DNA from: Candidatus Planktophila sp.
GTDB lineage: Bacteria > Actinomycetota > Actinomycetes > Nanopelagicales > Nanopelagicaceae
Length of the DNA stretch: 64,000 nucleotides
Direction of reading: 5' to 3'
NCBI GenBank assembly: GCA_044351155.1
Contig: JBILGH010000004.1
Location: 12,943 to 76,942, forward strand
The position numbers and the translations under genes were made by a program. Positions 32,146 to 41,217 of the stretch are shown piece by piece. The number at the start of each line of letters is the position of its first letter. Within the stretch, counting starts at the first letter, position 1. The notes below the pieces were generated by a model. It did no database searches. It worked only from the letters and a program-made list of their open reading frames with translations, and was not told the DNA's origin.

Positions 32146-33414
32146 TTAAGCAGCGTCAATTGTGCTCTGAAGAGCCTTCATTGCCTTGTCCATGTATCCA
32201 GAAATGTCGCCTGAGGCAACCTTTCCTTCAGCAAGGGCCTTTTCAGCTGCGCCGATCTTTGTCCAAACGGTATCCATGAATGCGTATGAAGGCATTGGAT
32301 ATGCATTTTGACCAGCAGCACCGAATGCAGCAAGTTGCTTGTCATTTAGCTTGGCAAGTGCGTCAGCGTTTGCAGGAATGCGCTCGGCACCCTTGATGTT
32401 TGCGAACTCACCTTGGAAGCCAGCTGAACCAACGAAACGTAGAACCTTTCCTACGTTAACAGCGTTCTTTGCGCCAGCAACCTTAACTGACTGCCAGTAT
32501 CCGTATTGACCTGAGAACTGACGTGCAACCTTGCCACCAGCTGATGGGAATGTAGTAACGCCGATTTCGTCAGCTGTCATAGCTGCGCCTGTGCAATCCT
32601 TCTTTGATCCATCAGGCATGATCAACTTAGTTGAAGACTTTGACTTCAGTGATCCCATGATCCATGGACCGGTGATTCCGTATCCACCGTTTTGGATATT
32701 ACAAACCATTTGATCCCAGCCACCGTCAACGAACTTAGGTCCGTTTGTAGCTAACCAAGCAGCATACTTATCAGCAGCTGAACCTGTGTAACCAACAGTT
32801 GTTGTCCAACCGCTGTTGTTACGTGTGAACAATGAGATACCGAATGAAGTTGCAATCGGTGACATGTGGTAAGGGTCGTTACCAGTTCCACCGCGTGTGA
32901 ATGGAAGAGTTACGCCACGGTCTGAAGCAAGTAGTTGCTCCCATGTCATGCCCTTTGGATCTTTAGCCTTGCTCTTGTTGTAAACAAGTGCGATGTTTTC
33001 GGTGTAGATAGGCATTCCATAAAGCTTGCCACCTACTGTGAAACCTGACTTCATTTCCTTAGAGAACTTTGTATTTAGTGAACCAACCACGATTGGTGCA
33101 ACTGTTCCTGAAGAAACAAGCTGACCTGTCCAGTCGTGTGCGCCAACCATTAGGTCTGGGCCTTTTCCTTCTGGAACAGCCTTAATAAAATCTGCACGGC
33201 CCTTGTTGTAAACCACGTTGATTGTAATTCCTTGGGACTTAGCCCATTCCTTAATAATTGGAGTCTGTTGGTCCTTAGTTGCATCTGCAACGCCTACCCA
33301 AATTGTTACTGTATTGGCAGGTGTCACCTTTGCGAATGCAGGAGCAACAATTGCACCTGAAGCTGCTACGGCAAGAACCAGAGCAGTTGCAAGGCTACGC
33401 TTACGTAGAATCAT
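32146..33414 (-). CDS. malE: Maltose/maltodextrin-type ABC substrate-binding protein
   Basis: Signal peptide MILRKRSLATALVLAVAASGAIVAPAFA. I chose this start because GAAAGG lies 7 nt upstream. The position is upstream of the MalFG permeases. Confidence 0.8.
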   Translation of the reverse strand: MILRKRSLATALVLAVAASGAIVAPAFAKVTPANTVTIWVGVADATKDQQTPIIKEWAKSQGITINVVYNKGRADFIKAVPEGKGPDLMVGAHDWTGQLVSSGTVAPIVVGSLNTKFSKEMKSGFTVGGKLYGMPIYTENIALVYNKSKAKDPKGMTWEQLLASDRGVTLPFTRGGTGNDPYHMSPIATSFGISLFTRNNSGWTTTVGYTGSAADKYAAWLATNGPKFVDGGWDQMVCNIQNGGYGITGPWIMGSLKSKSSTKLIMPDGSKKDCTGAAMTADEIGVTTFPSAGGKVARQFSGQYGYWQSVKVAGAKNAVNVGKVLRFVGSAGFQGEFANIKGAERIPANADALAKLNDKQLAAFGAAGQNAYPMPSYAFMDTVWTKIGAAEKALAEGKVASGDISGYMDKAMKALQSTIDAA

Positions 33415-33668
33415 TGTTTGCCTTTCTAACTTTTTTAGAGGGATGATCAAGCCCGTTAGGGATTGCGCAGAGTTTATAAGCCGTTAATCGGCGGTTCTAG
33501 CCATAACGGGATTTGTATCGAAATCGTTGTAATTAAAGGCTGTTACATGGCGGTCGTACAGTCACAATTAGAGCCTGACCAGCGCACCTTTTTAAGAGGA
33601 AAAAAGCGCTGGCAAACAGGTACTTTTAGGCTCAACCTGCCAGGTACCGCGAAACACAAGGGGAAGAA

Positions 33669-35501
33669 ATGACCTTCAACAATTCCTTCAACAATGCCCA
33701 TCTAAAACCTCACCACGACGGTAGCGAACTTTACGTAAGTTCCGATGCGCCAAAAATAGGCTCCGAAGTAAAGCTTCGTGTGCGCGTACCAAATACCTAT
33801 ACCTTCGATATCGGGCTAGTTCGTTACTACATGGATAGCGAATCAACTGTTGCCAAGCTGACAAAGGAAAGCGATGGCGAAGTTGAGTCCTGGTGGTCAG
33901 CCAAAATTCCAGTTAAGAACTACGACGTTCAATATCGTTTTCTATTCACGCGGGCCGGCAAGTATGAATGGTTAAACGCTTCAGGTTTATTTGGCCACGA
34001 TGTTCATACCAACGAAGATTTTCGAATCATCGCTCGCCCACGCACGACCACTTGGCTAAAGAGTTCAGTTTTCTACCAAATTTTCCCAGACCGTTTTGCT
34101 AAAGGTGTAGAACGCCCAGCACCTGACTGGGCACTACCAATGGAATGGAATGCGCTGCCACATGGTCATGGCCCAACTACTGGTATCGAACTTTTCGGTG
34201 GTGACTTCGAAGGAATCACGGCTCACCTTGATCACGTAATTGATTTAGGTGCAAATGGAATTTACTTCACTCCATTTTTCCCATCAAAATCAAATCATCG
34301 ATATGACGCAACTTCATTCGACAAAATAGATCCACTACTTGGTGGCGACAAAGCATTCTTTGAATTTATGAAAGCTGCCAAGAAAGCAAAGATCAAAGTG
34401 CTAGGCGACATCACTACAAACCACTGTAGCAATGAACACCCATGGTTCTTAACGGGTCAAAAGAGCAAGAGTTCAAAAGAGAACAAGTTCTTCTACTGGG
34501 ATAAGAAAACCCCGTTTGGCTATGCGACTTTTTATGCAGTTAAGCAAATGCCTAAATTAAATTTCGCTTCAGCTGAATTACGCAAGCGTTTCTATGAAGC
34601 TAAAAATTCAGTTATTCAAAAGTGGCTATCTCCGAAATATGGCCTAGATGGCTGGCGTATCGATGTAGGCAACCAAACCGGCCGCTATCGCGAGGCCGAT
34701 CTGCACGATGAAGTTATGCGTGATATCCGCACTGCGATGAACAAAATGAAGCCAAATACTTGGTTAGTAGCTGAAAATGCCGATATGTGGCCAACAGATT
34801 TAAATGGCACCGGTTGGGATGGCACCATGAACTACAACGGATTCATGCGACCACTCTGGGCTTGGTTTAATCACAATCCAAATCTAGAAACAGGCGGTTT
34901 CCATGGTTTACCAATTGCGATGCCTAAGTCAACTGGTGCGCAATTCGTTAAAGCAATGACGGTATTTAACTCATCAATTCCTTGGCGTAATTTAATTGAC
35001 AGCATGACTCTGCTGGACTCACACGACACTGCTCGTATGCGCAATGTTGTTGGTGGCGACAAAGAAAAGCATCTTGCTGCGATGGGTCTATTACTCACTT
35101 ATCCAGGCGTGCCATCAATTTATGCTGGTGATGAAATCGGGCTTGAAGGCGCGTGGGGCGAAGATGGCCGTCGGACCATGACTTGGGACGATGCGCATAA
35201 CTGGGATCACAATTTCTTAAATTCAGTAAAAGAGTTAGTAAAACTTCGTCGAACCTCGCCGGCACTTGTTGAAGGTGGATTACGTTGGATTGATGTGCAA
35301 GATGATCACTTACTCTTCTTGCGCGAAGCCACTGATCAGAATCTGTTGATTCTGGTTGCCCGAGATAAAACTAAAGTTGATGTCGATCTAAGCAAGTTTG
35401 GTTACTCGATTATTGGAACTCATTTTGGACCAACAGCTAGCGGTTCGCGCTTGAGGTTAAAGTCTAGGAATGGCCTGGCCGGAATTTGGGAAGTTGCTTA
35501 A
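33669..35501 (+). CDS. Cytoplasmic GH13 enzyme with an N-terminal Ig-like domain (maltodextrin glucosidase/neopullulanase type)
   Basis: VFYQIFPDRFA, DITTNHCS, DGWRIDVGN, LLDSHDTAR. No signal peptide. Confidence 0.85.
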   Translation: MTFNNSFNNAHLKPHHDGSELYVSSDAPKIGSEVKLRVRVPNTYTFDIGLVRYYMDSESTVAKLTKESDGEVESWWSAKIPVKNYDVQYRFLFTRAGKYEWLNASGLFGHDVHTNEDFRIIARPRTTTWLKSSVFYQIFPDRFAKGVERPAPDWALPMEWNALPHGHGPTTGIELFGGDFEGITAHLDHVIDLGANGIYFTPFFPSKSNHRYDATSFDKIDPLLGGDKAFFEFMKAAKKAKIKVLGDITTNHCSNEHPWFLTGQKSKSSKENKFFYWDKKTPFGYATFYAVKQMPKLNFASAELRKRFYEAKNSVIQKWLSPKYGLDGWRIDVGNQTGRYREADLHDEVMRDIRTAMNKMKPNTWLVAENADMWPTDLNGTGWDGTMNYNGFMRPLWAWFNHNPNLETGGFHGLPIAMPKSTGAQFVKAMTVFNSSIPWRNLIDSMTLLDSHDTARMRNVVGGDKEKHLAAMGLLLTYPGVPSIYAGDEIGLEGAWGEDGRRTMTWDDAHNWDHNFLNSVKELVKLRRTSPALVEGGLRWIDVQDDHLLFLREATDQNLLILVARDKTKVDVDLSKFGYSIIGTHFGPTASGSRLRLKSRNGLAGIWEVA

Positions 35502-37597
35502 TGAAAAAATTTATCGCTCTGTTTACTATTGCAACGCTCGGAATTTCGGCTGCCGGAAGTTCGGCGGCTCAGAACATCGCAGCGCTAGCAACAAATATCG
35601 CGCGTGGTGCGCAGAGCGATGAATCTGCTTACTTTGTAATGACGGATCGCTACGCAAATGGCGATACATCCAATGACAACGGCGGCCTTAAAGCTGGTTC
35701 ATATGACAGTGGATTTGACCCAAGTAATTACGGCATGTTCCATGGTGGCGATTTCAAAGGAATAACAAATAGCCTAGATCGCCTGAAAAAGCTGGGTTTT
35801 ACCTCTATTTGGATCACGCCTCCGGTTAAGCAACAAACTATGCAAGGAAATTCAGCGGCCTATCACGGCTATTGGGGCCTAGATTTCACAACAGTTGACC
35901 CCTATCTAGGTAGCGAATATGACTTTAAAGAGCTCGTGGTTAAAGCTCAAGCAATTGGCATGAAAGTCATTATTGATATCGTCGTAAATCACACGGCTGA
36001 TGTAATCCAATATTCAGATAACAACGCCTACGTTAGTCACAAGAGCGCACCTTATTTAGATGCTGCTGGGAAACCATTTGAGCCGGCTTTGTTTGCCGGG
36101 AAAGACACCTTTCCAAAACTAGATGCCAATGTTTCATTTGCCAAGAAACCTTCAGTTGATGCGGCGAATGCGAACATCAAAAAACCAGCATTTCTAAATG
36201 ACATTACTAATTATCACAATCGTGGTGATTCAAATTGGTCTGGCACCTCAGTTCTAGATGGCGACTTCTTCGGTTTAGATGATGTATTTACCCAAAAGCC
36301 AGAGGTTGTAAAAGGCTGGATTGATGTCTGGAGCAGTTGGATTACCAAGTTCGGAATCGATGGTTATCGCATCGATACCGCCAAACATGTAAACCCAGAA
36401 TTTTGGCAAGCTTTTATTCCAGCAATATTGAAAGCTGCTAAAGCTGCCGGCAAAAATGATTTCCCTATCTATGGTGAAGTATTTGACTCAAACCCGTTGA
36501 CTACTGCACAGTTTGTTCGCAATCAAGCTTTTCCTGGTGTTCTTGACTTTGCTTTTCAAAGCAATGTGACATCGTATGTAACAAATGGTCGAGGCGCTGA
36601 AAAGTTAGTTGAACTTTTTAACGCAGATGATCTTTACACGACTTCAACAACCTCGGCATATGGGTTAACTACTTTCCTAGGCAACCACGATATGGGTCGA
36701 ATCGGAATGTTTATCGATAACGCCGCAAGCGATGAGGCCGATGCGCTGGCAAAATCTAAGTTAGCGAACGCACTTCTGTTCTTACTACGCGGTGGCCCAG
36801 CGCTTTATTACGGTGACGAAAAGGGAATGACCGGCAGTGGCGGCGATAAAGCAGCGCGTCAAGACATGTTCCCTACTCTGGTTTCATATTGGCAGGATGA
36901 AAAGCGCATTGGGTCAGACCCGATCGGCAACCGAAGTGCTTTTGATGTTAGAAATCCGCTCGAAGATCAGATCACTTCAATGCAGGGGATTATTAAAGCT
37001 AATCCAGCGTTGCGTGCAGGTACACAGCAGATTCGTTTTAACAACAGCGAGGTATTTGTAGTCACACGTTACTTGAATGGCCAGGAATACGCAGTTGTTT
37101 TTAACTCTGGTGAGACACCGCAAGAAGTCAAGTTCAATGTAAGCACCGGTGGCTCAAAGTGGACACCAATACTCGGTTCTGCAATCTCTTCATCGGCAAC
37201 CGGTGCTAATTTGACTGTAAAAGTTGGTGCCACTAACTATGTAGTTCTCAAAGCTGCAACTAAGTTCAAAGCCAAACTCGCTCCTGCAATTATTCTTAAT
37301 CAGCCACGATCTGATTTTGCAATGGATTATTTACTAGAGCTTAGTTCAACAGTTAAAGGTGATGAATACAACCAAGTAACTTACTTAGTACGTGAGGCCG
37401 GTAAGAATTGGGTCAACATCGGAACTTCAGATCGCCGCACTGTAAAGGGCGACATAGCTGCAGCTGGCTTGTATCGCGTGTTCTTAGAGCCGCGTAATTA
37501 CAAGAGTGGTACTAATTTAGAGTTTGTCTCAATCGTAAAGAATGCAGCAAACAAAACCGCGGTTTCAAAGATTATTAAATACAAAATTAGTTATTAA
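35501..37597 (+). CDS. Secreted GH13 alpha-amylase with a C-terminal extra domain
   Basis: Signal peptide MKKFIALFTIATLGISAAGSSAAQ and the four GH13 regions IIDIVVNHTAD, DGYRIDTAKHV, IYGEVFD, FLGNHDMGR. The start overlaps the previous stop (TAATG). Confidence 0.88.
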   Translation: MKKFIALFTIATLGISAAGSSAAQNIAALATNIARGAQSDESAYFVMTDRYANGDTSNDNGGLKAGSYDSGFDPSNYGMFHGGDFKGITNSLDRLKKLGFTSIWITPPVKQQTMQGNSAAYHGYWGLDFTTVDPYLGSEYDFKELVVKAQAIGMKVIIDIVVNHTADVIQYSDNNAYVSHKSAPYLDAAGKPFEPALFAGKDTFPKLDANVSFAKKPSVDAANANIKKPAFLNDITNYHNRGDSNWSGTSVLDGDFFGLDDVFTQKPEVVKGWIDVWSSWITKFGIDGYRIDTAKHVNPEFWQAFIPAILKAAKAAGKNDFPIYGEVFDSNPLTTAQFVRNQAFPGVLDFAFQSNVTSYVTNGRGAEKLVELFNADDLYTTSTTSAYGLTTFLGNHDMGRIGMFIDNAASDEADALAKSKLANALLFLLRGGPALYYGDEKGMTGSGGDKAARQDMFPTLVSYWQDEKRIGSDPIGNRSAFDVRNPLEDQITSMQGIIKANPALRAGTQQIRFNNSEVFVVTRYLNGQEYAVVFNSGETPQEVKFNVSTGGSKWTPILGSAISSSATGANLTVKVGATNYVVLKAATKFKAKLAPAIILNQPRSDFAMDYLLELSSTVKGDEYNQVTYLVREAGKNWVNIGTSDRRTVKGDIAAAGLYRVFLEPRNYKSGTNLEFVSIVKNAANKTAVSKIIKYKISY

Positions 37598-38411
37598 GCC
37601 AAAACTTCATCACTTGGTCTAGATAACTTGCCCACGATCTTTCATTGTGGCTGCTCTTTTCATAAACCTTAGTTACAAAGTCATGCCCGATTCGGTAACC
37701 TTTTTCTTTCATTAATCGATCAGCATATTCTTGAAAAGGTTTGTAATCAGCATCTAAGCTTTTTGTTCCGCGGCTCATCCAGATTTTATGGGTTCCGGGA
37801 CTTGGTAACTCTTCGATAGTGCGTTCTACTAAACGGTTGCCACCAATAGTCCAATGCGGCGAAAGTGCCAGCAAGGCACTCATTTGATCAGGGCGTTGAA
37901 TTCCAGCGTAAAGAGTTGATAAAGCCCCCATGCTTGAACCAATCATTGCGCGGTTAGAAACTGGTATTTCAAGTTCATAAGCGCTGAGGATTTCCGGCAC
38001 GATTTGATCAAAAATCATATTTAGATATTGATCGCCGCGTAGTTGAGCTAAATCAGCTCTTACTACATTTGCCGAATTGACAACCACATCTTCTTGAAAG
38101 AATCTTTGTGGGGACAAATCATTGCCTCGGCCATGCTGATCTTGCTTTGAGCTGCTATGAAAAACAGCAATTATTGCCGGCGGCGTAATTCCTAGGTGCT
38201 CGCTAACCCGAATCGCAGTCTGCGCCATCTCCCAGGTGCTACGGCGGTGCGTAGAAGTCTTGCCATCAAAAACATTCTGGCCATCATGTGCAATCAGTAG
38301 GTGCTGGGTATCGCCACGAGGAATCCAGAAGTCCACTGTGCGGCCATCGAATTGAACTCGGTTTACCTCTCCCGGTACGCCGCGAACTTGATATCTCTTA
38401 ATTAACTCCAT
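37587..38411 (-). CDS. Esterase of the putative-esterase/esterase-D type (alpha/beta fold)
   Basis: Nucleophile elbow MIGSSMGALS. I chose the start at MELIKRYQ to avoid overlapping the divergent photolyase start. Confidence 0.65.
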   Translation of the reverse strand: MELIKRYQVRGVPGEVNRVQFDGRTVDFWIPRGDTQHLLIAHDGQNVFDGKTSTHRRSTWEMAQTAIRVSEHLGITPPAIIAVFHSSSKQDQHGRGNDLSPQRFFQEDVVVNSANVVRADLAQLRGDQYLNMIFDQIVPEILSAYELEIPVSNRAMIGSSMGALSTLYAGIQRPDQMSALLALSPHWTIGGNRLVERTIEELPSPGTHKIWMSRGTKSLDADYKPFQEYADRLMKEKGYRIGHDFVTKVYEKSSHNERSWASYLDQVMKFWLNN

Positions 38412-38428
38412 AGTGGTTGAATAATGCC

Positions 38429-39796
38429 ATGGCGACGGCAAATGTAAAGAAGCGGGCGATCATCTGGTTTCGACGTGATTTGCGCATTTCTGATCACCCA
38501 GCTCTTCTAGCTGCAATCGAAGCGAGTGATGAAATCGTGCCGCTCTTTATTATGGACGATAAGGTTGCTAACAAGTCTGGCGCAAATCGGCAGGCCTACT
38601 TAGCCAATAGCTTACGGGCTTTAGACATTTCCTTAAGTGAAAAACTATTAGTTATATCAGGGGACCCCACTGAAGTGCTAAAGGATGTCATGCAAAGATA
38701 TGGTGCGACTTCGGTTCATGTAAGTAATGACTACACACCATATGGTGTCGCTCGTGATGCCAAAGTAATTAAAAACGGAATTGAGTTAATTCAAACTGGT
38801 AGCTCGTACGCTGTGGCACCGGGTCGAGTGCGCAAGAGTGATGAAACCCCTTATCGTGTTTACACGCCGTTCTATCGCGCGTGGTGCGTTCATGGTTGGC
38901 GCGCACCAGCTGCAAAACCATTGAAAATCAGCGCTGCTGAGCCACTTGCTGGTGATCGCAATTTCCCTGATTGGGGTGCTGATATTGAGATCGCAGCCGG
39001 CGAGAGCGTAGCTCTTGATCGTTGGCACGAATTTCAACACAACGGCCTAGATTCTTACGACGAGAACCGTAACTTTGCCGGCATTGATGGCACCAGTCGT
39101 TTGAGTGCGCACTTACGCTGGGGCGAAATACATCCACGAACTCTCTTAGCAAACTTGGGCGATAGTAAAGCACACGATGTTTTCCGTAAAGAAATTGCTT
39201 GGCGCGAATTTTATGCAGACGTACTGCATCATAACCCGCATACCACTTGGGATTACTACGCACCTCGCTTTAAAGAGATGCGCTACGAGGAACCTGATTC
39301 AAAATTCAACGCCTGGTGTGAAGGTAAAACCGGCTACCCATTTGTAGATGCCGCAATGCGACAACTTACTCAAACAGGCTGGATGCATAATCGCACACGC
39401 ATGGTCGTTGCATCATTCCTGGTCAAAGACTTACATTTGGAATGGCAACACGGTGCCCGATTCTTTAGTCAACACTTGATTGATTATGACGTTGCATCCA
39501 ATTCACATGGCTGGCAATGGACTGCTGGCTGCGGTACAGATGCTTCGCCTTATTACCGAGTCTTTAACCCGATTGAGCAAGGCAAACGTTTTGATGCCGA
39601 AGGCGATTACATCCGTAAATATGTACCAGAGCTGGCGCACTTGTCAGCGGCCGAAATTCACGAACCTTGGCTTTATCTAGATGGTTATAGCAATGGTTAT
39701 GCCGAGCGAGTTGTGGATCATGCTGCCGAACGTATCGAATCACTTGCGCGACTAGCTGAAATTAAAGCTGACAAACCCCTAGATCCTCGCGTTTAG
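38429..39796 (+). CDS. phr: Deoxyribodipyrimidine photolyase (class I CPD type)
   Basis: IIWFRRDLRISDHPAL and TGYPFVDAAMRQLTQTGWMHNRTRMVVASFLVKDL. ATG at 38429; an alternative TTG lies at 38417. Confidence 0.92.
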   Translation: MATANVKKRAIIWFRRDLRISDHPALLAAIEASDEIVPLFIMDDKVANKSGANRQAYLANSLRALDISLSEKLLVISGDPTEVLKDVMQRYGATSVHVSNDYTPYGVARDAKVIKNGIELIQTGSSYAVAPGRVRKSDETPYRVYTPFYRAWCVHGWRAPAAKPLKISAAEPLAGDRNFPDWGADIEIAAGESVALDRWHEFQHNGLDSYDENRNFAGIDGTSRLSAHLRWGEIHPRTLLANLGDSKAHDVFRKEIAWREFYADVLHHNPHTTWDYYAPRFKEMRYEEPDSKFNAWCEGKTGYPFVDAAMRQLTQTGWMHNRTRMVVASFLVKDLHLEWQHGARFFSQHLIDYDVASNSHGWQWTAGCGTDASPYYRVFNPIEQGKRFDAEGDYIRKYVPELAHLSAAEIHEPWLYLDGYSNGYAERVVDHAAERIESLARLAEIKADKPLDPRV

Positions 39797-41132
39797 CTTT
39801 ATACATCGCTTGATCAGCGCGATGCATCATGTCGCGAGTACCATCATTTGTCACAAAACCAACGCTGACGCCAATCTTTATCGTTTCACCAGCTATTGAA
39901 AATGGGTAACTAGCACTGGCATGAAGAGCCAGAGCTGCCTCCATGGTGCTTTCAAAATCCCCCGAGATTAGAGCGCCAAATTCATCACCACCCAATCGGG
40001 CCAGCGTGGAATGACTTGGCAATGAGCGCCTGAATCTCTGTGAAACTGCACGCAGCAGTTGATCACCTACTTCGTGGCCGTATTGATCATTAATTGGTTT
40101 GAATCCATCTAGATCAAGTAGTAGCAGCGCCCCCTGCGTATTTGAAAATTCAATTAGCTCAGCCATAAATTTTCGGCGATTTGGCAGACCAGTTAATTCA
40201 TCAGTGCGAGCCAAAGTGCGCTCTGTGCCAATCTCCTGAGCTTGTCGAAGTGCCACAACCATTCGGATGAAAGCAAGAAATAGAGTGGCAATTGCTGGGC
40301 CAACGATAAATCCCGGTAAATATCCAGGCCTTAAAGCTAACAAAGAGAGAAGTATCGCACTAAACAGAACTGCGACAGCAATCAATATCGGATTTGTTGG
40401 CACCCGTGAATCACTTTCATCACGTTTGTACCAGATTGATTCGGCAATAAGAAATAGGGCAATTAACCAAAGTGAATCAGTCCAACTTCCAAATCTATAC
40501 TCACCGTGACTACTTAACCAAAGATTTATAAAGTCAGCAGCGGCAAATGACAAAATGCCAAGCGAGAGAATAAAGCTTCGCCAATTGATTTGATGAAATG
40601 GGTTTAGTGAAAGAATTAATGCGACAAGCACAATGTCAGCTACTGGGAAAATTATGGCAAAAAATGTTTCTAACTGGTCGCCATTGTAATTAGGTAAAAC
40701 TGGTTTCATAAGTAAAGCTGTAGCAAGAGTACTAACTCCCAATGCAACAATTGTGGCATCTATATTTTCCAGAATAGTGCTAGAAATATTGGCACGAAGC
40801 AAGCGCGGTATCGCGATAAATATAGAAGGGTAAAAAATGAGGTAAAGAAAGTCTGAGATAACCTGCAGGTAATTTGGAAGCAAGTAAACGGCTGTTAAAG
40901 AAGAGATTAGAGATCCGGTAAACCAGAAAAAGAGCGCTAATTCAAATGAAAGACGCGTACGTAGATCTTCACTCTTTAAGGCAAAAATACTTAAAACCAA
41001 TAAACTCAACGGAACCGCGTTATAAAGGGCCAAATCATGAAGGAAGTCAGGCTTATCTGCATTTGAGCCGAAAACAAATGTAGCCAAAACTAATGCCAAG
41101 CTACCAATTCGAAATAATTTAATGATAGCCAT
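39762..41132 (-). CDS. Membrane-anchored diguanylate cyclase (polytopic N-terminal domain plus GGDEF)
   Basis: About 290 aa of hydrophobic helices, then DLDGFKPINDQYGHEVGD and RLGGDEFGALI. No EAL/HD-GYP domain, and no RxxD I-site just upstream of GGDEF. Confidence 0.85.
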   Translation of the reverse strand: MAIIKLFRIGSLALVLATFVFGSNADKPDFLHDLALYNAVPLSLLVLSIFALKSEDLRTRLSFELALFFWFTGSLISSLTAVYLLPNYLQVISDFLYLIFYPSIFIAIPRLLRANISSTILENIDATIVALGVSTLATALLMKPVLPNYNGDQLETFFAIIFPVADIVLVALILSLNPFHQINWRSFILSLGILSFAAADFINLWLSSHGEYRFGSWTDSLWLIALFLIAESIWYKRDESDSRVPTNPILIAVAVLFSAILLSLLALRPGYLPGFIVGPAIATLFLAFIRMVVALRQAQEIGTERTLARTDELTGLPNRRKFMAELIEFSNTQGALLLLDLDGFKPINDQYGHEVGDQLLRAVSQRFRRSLPSHSTLARLGGDEFGALISGDFESTMEAALALHASASYPFSIAGETIKIGVSVGFVTNDGTRDMMHRADQAMYKAKREDLGVCQL

Positions 41133-41166
41133 CTCAAAACTTTAAATACTTACGAAAGGGGAAAAG

Positions 41167-41202
41167 AATAGGGCTAACCAGAGTTAACCGGCTAGCCCTA
41201 TT
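41167..41202 (-). terminator. Hairpin terminator after the coiled-coil protein gene
   Basis: AATAGGGCTA-N16-TAGCCCTATT, 16 nt after the stop. On the minus strand it is followed by CTTTTCCCCTTTCG. Confidence 0.6.
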
Positions 41203-41217
41203 CCACTAATTAATTAC

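Noticed and set aside
33463-33672. A 69-aa ORF in the malE / GH13 divergent spacer.
   Set aside because: It has no ribosome-binding site and an odd Arg/Gly/Lys-rich composition, and its last 4 nt overlap the start of the downstream GH13 gene. The region is better explained as regulatory or leader DNA.
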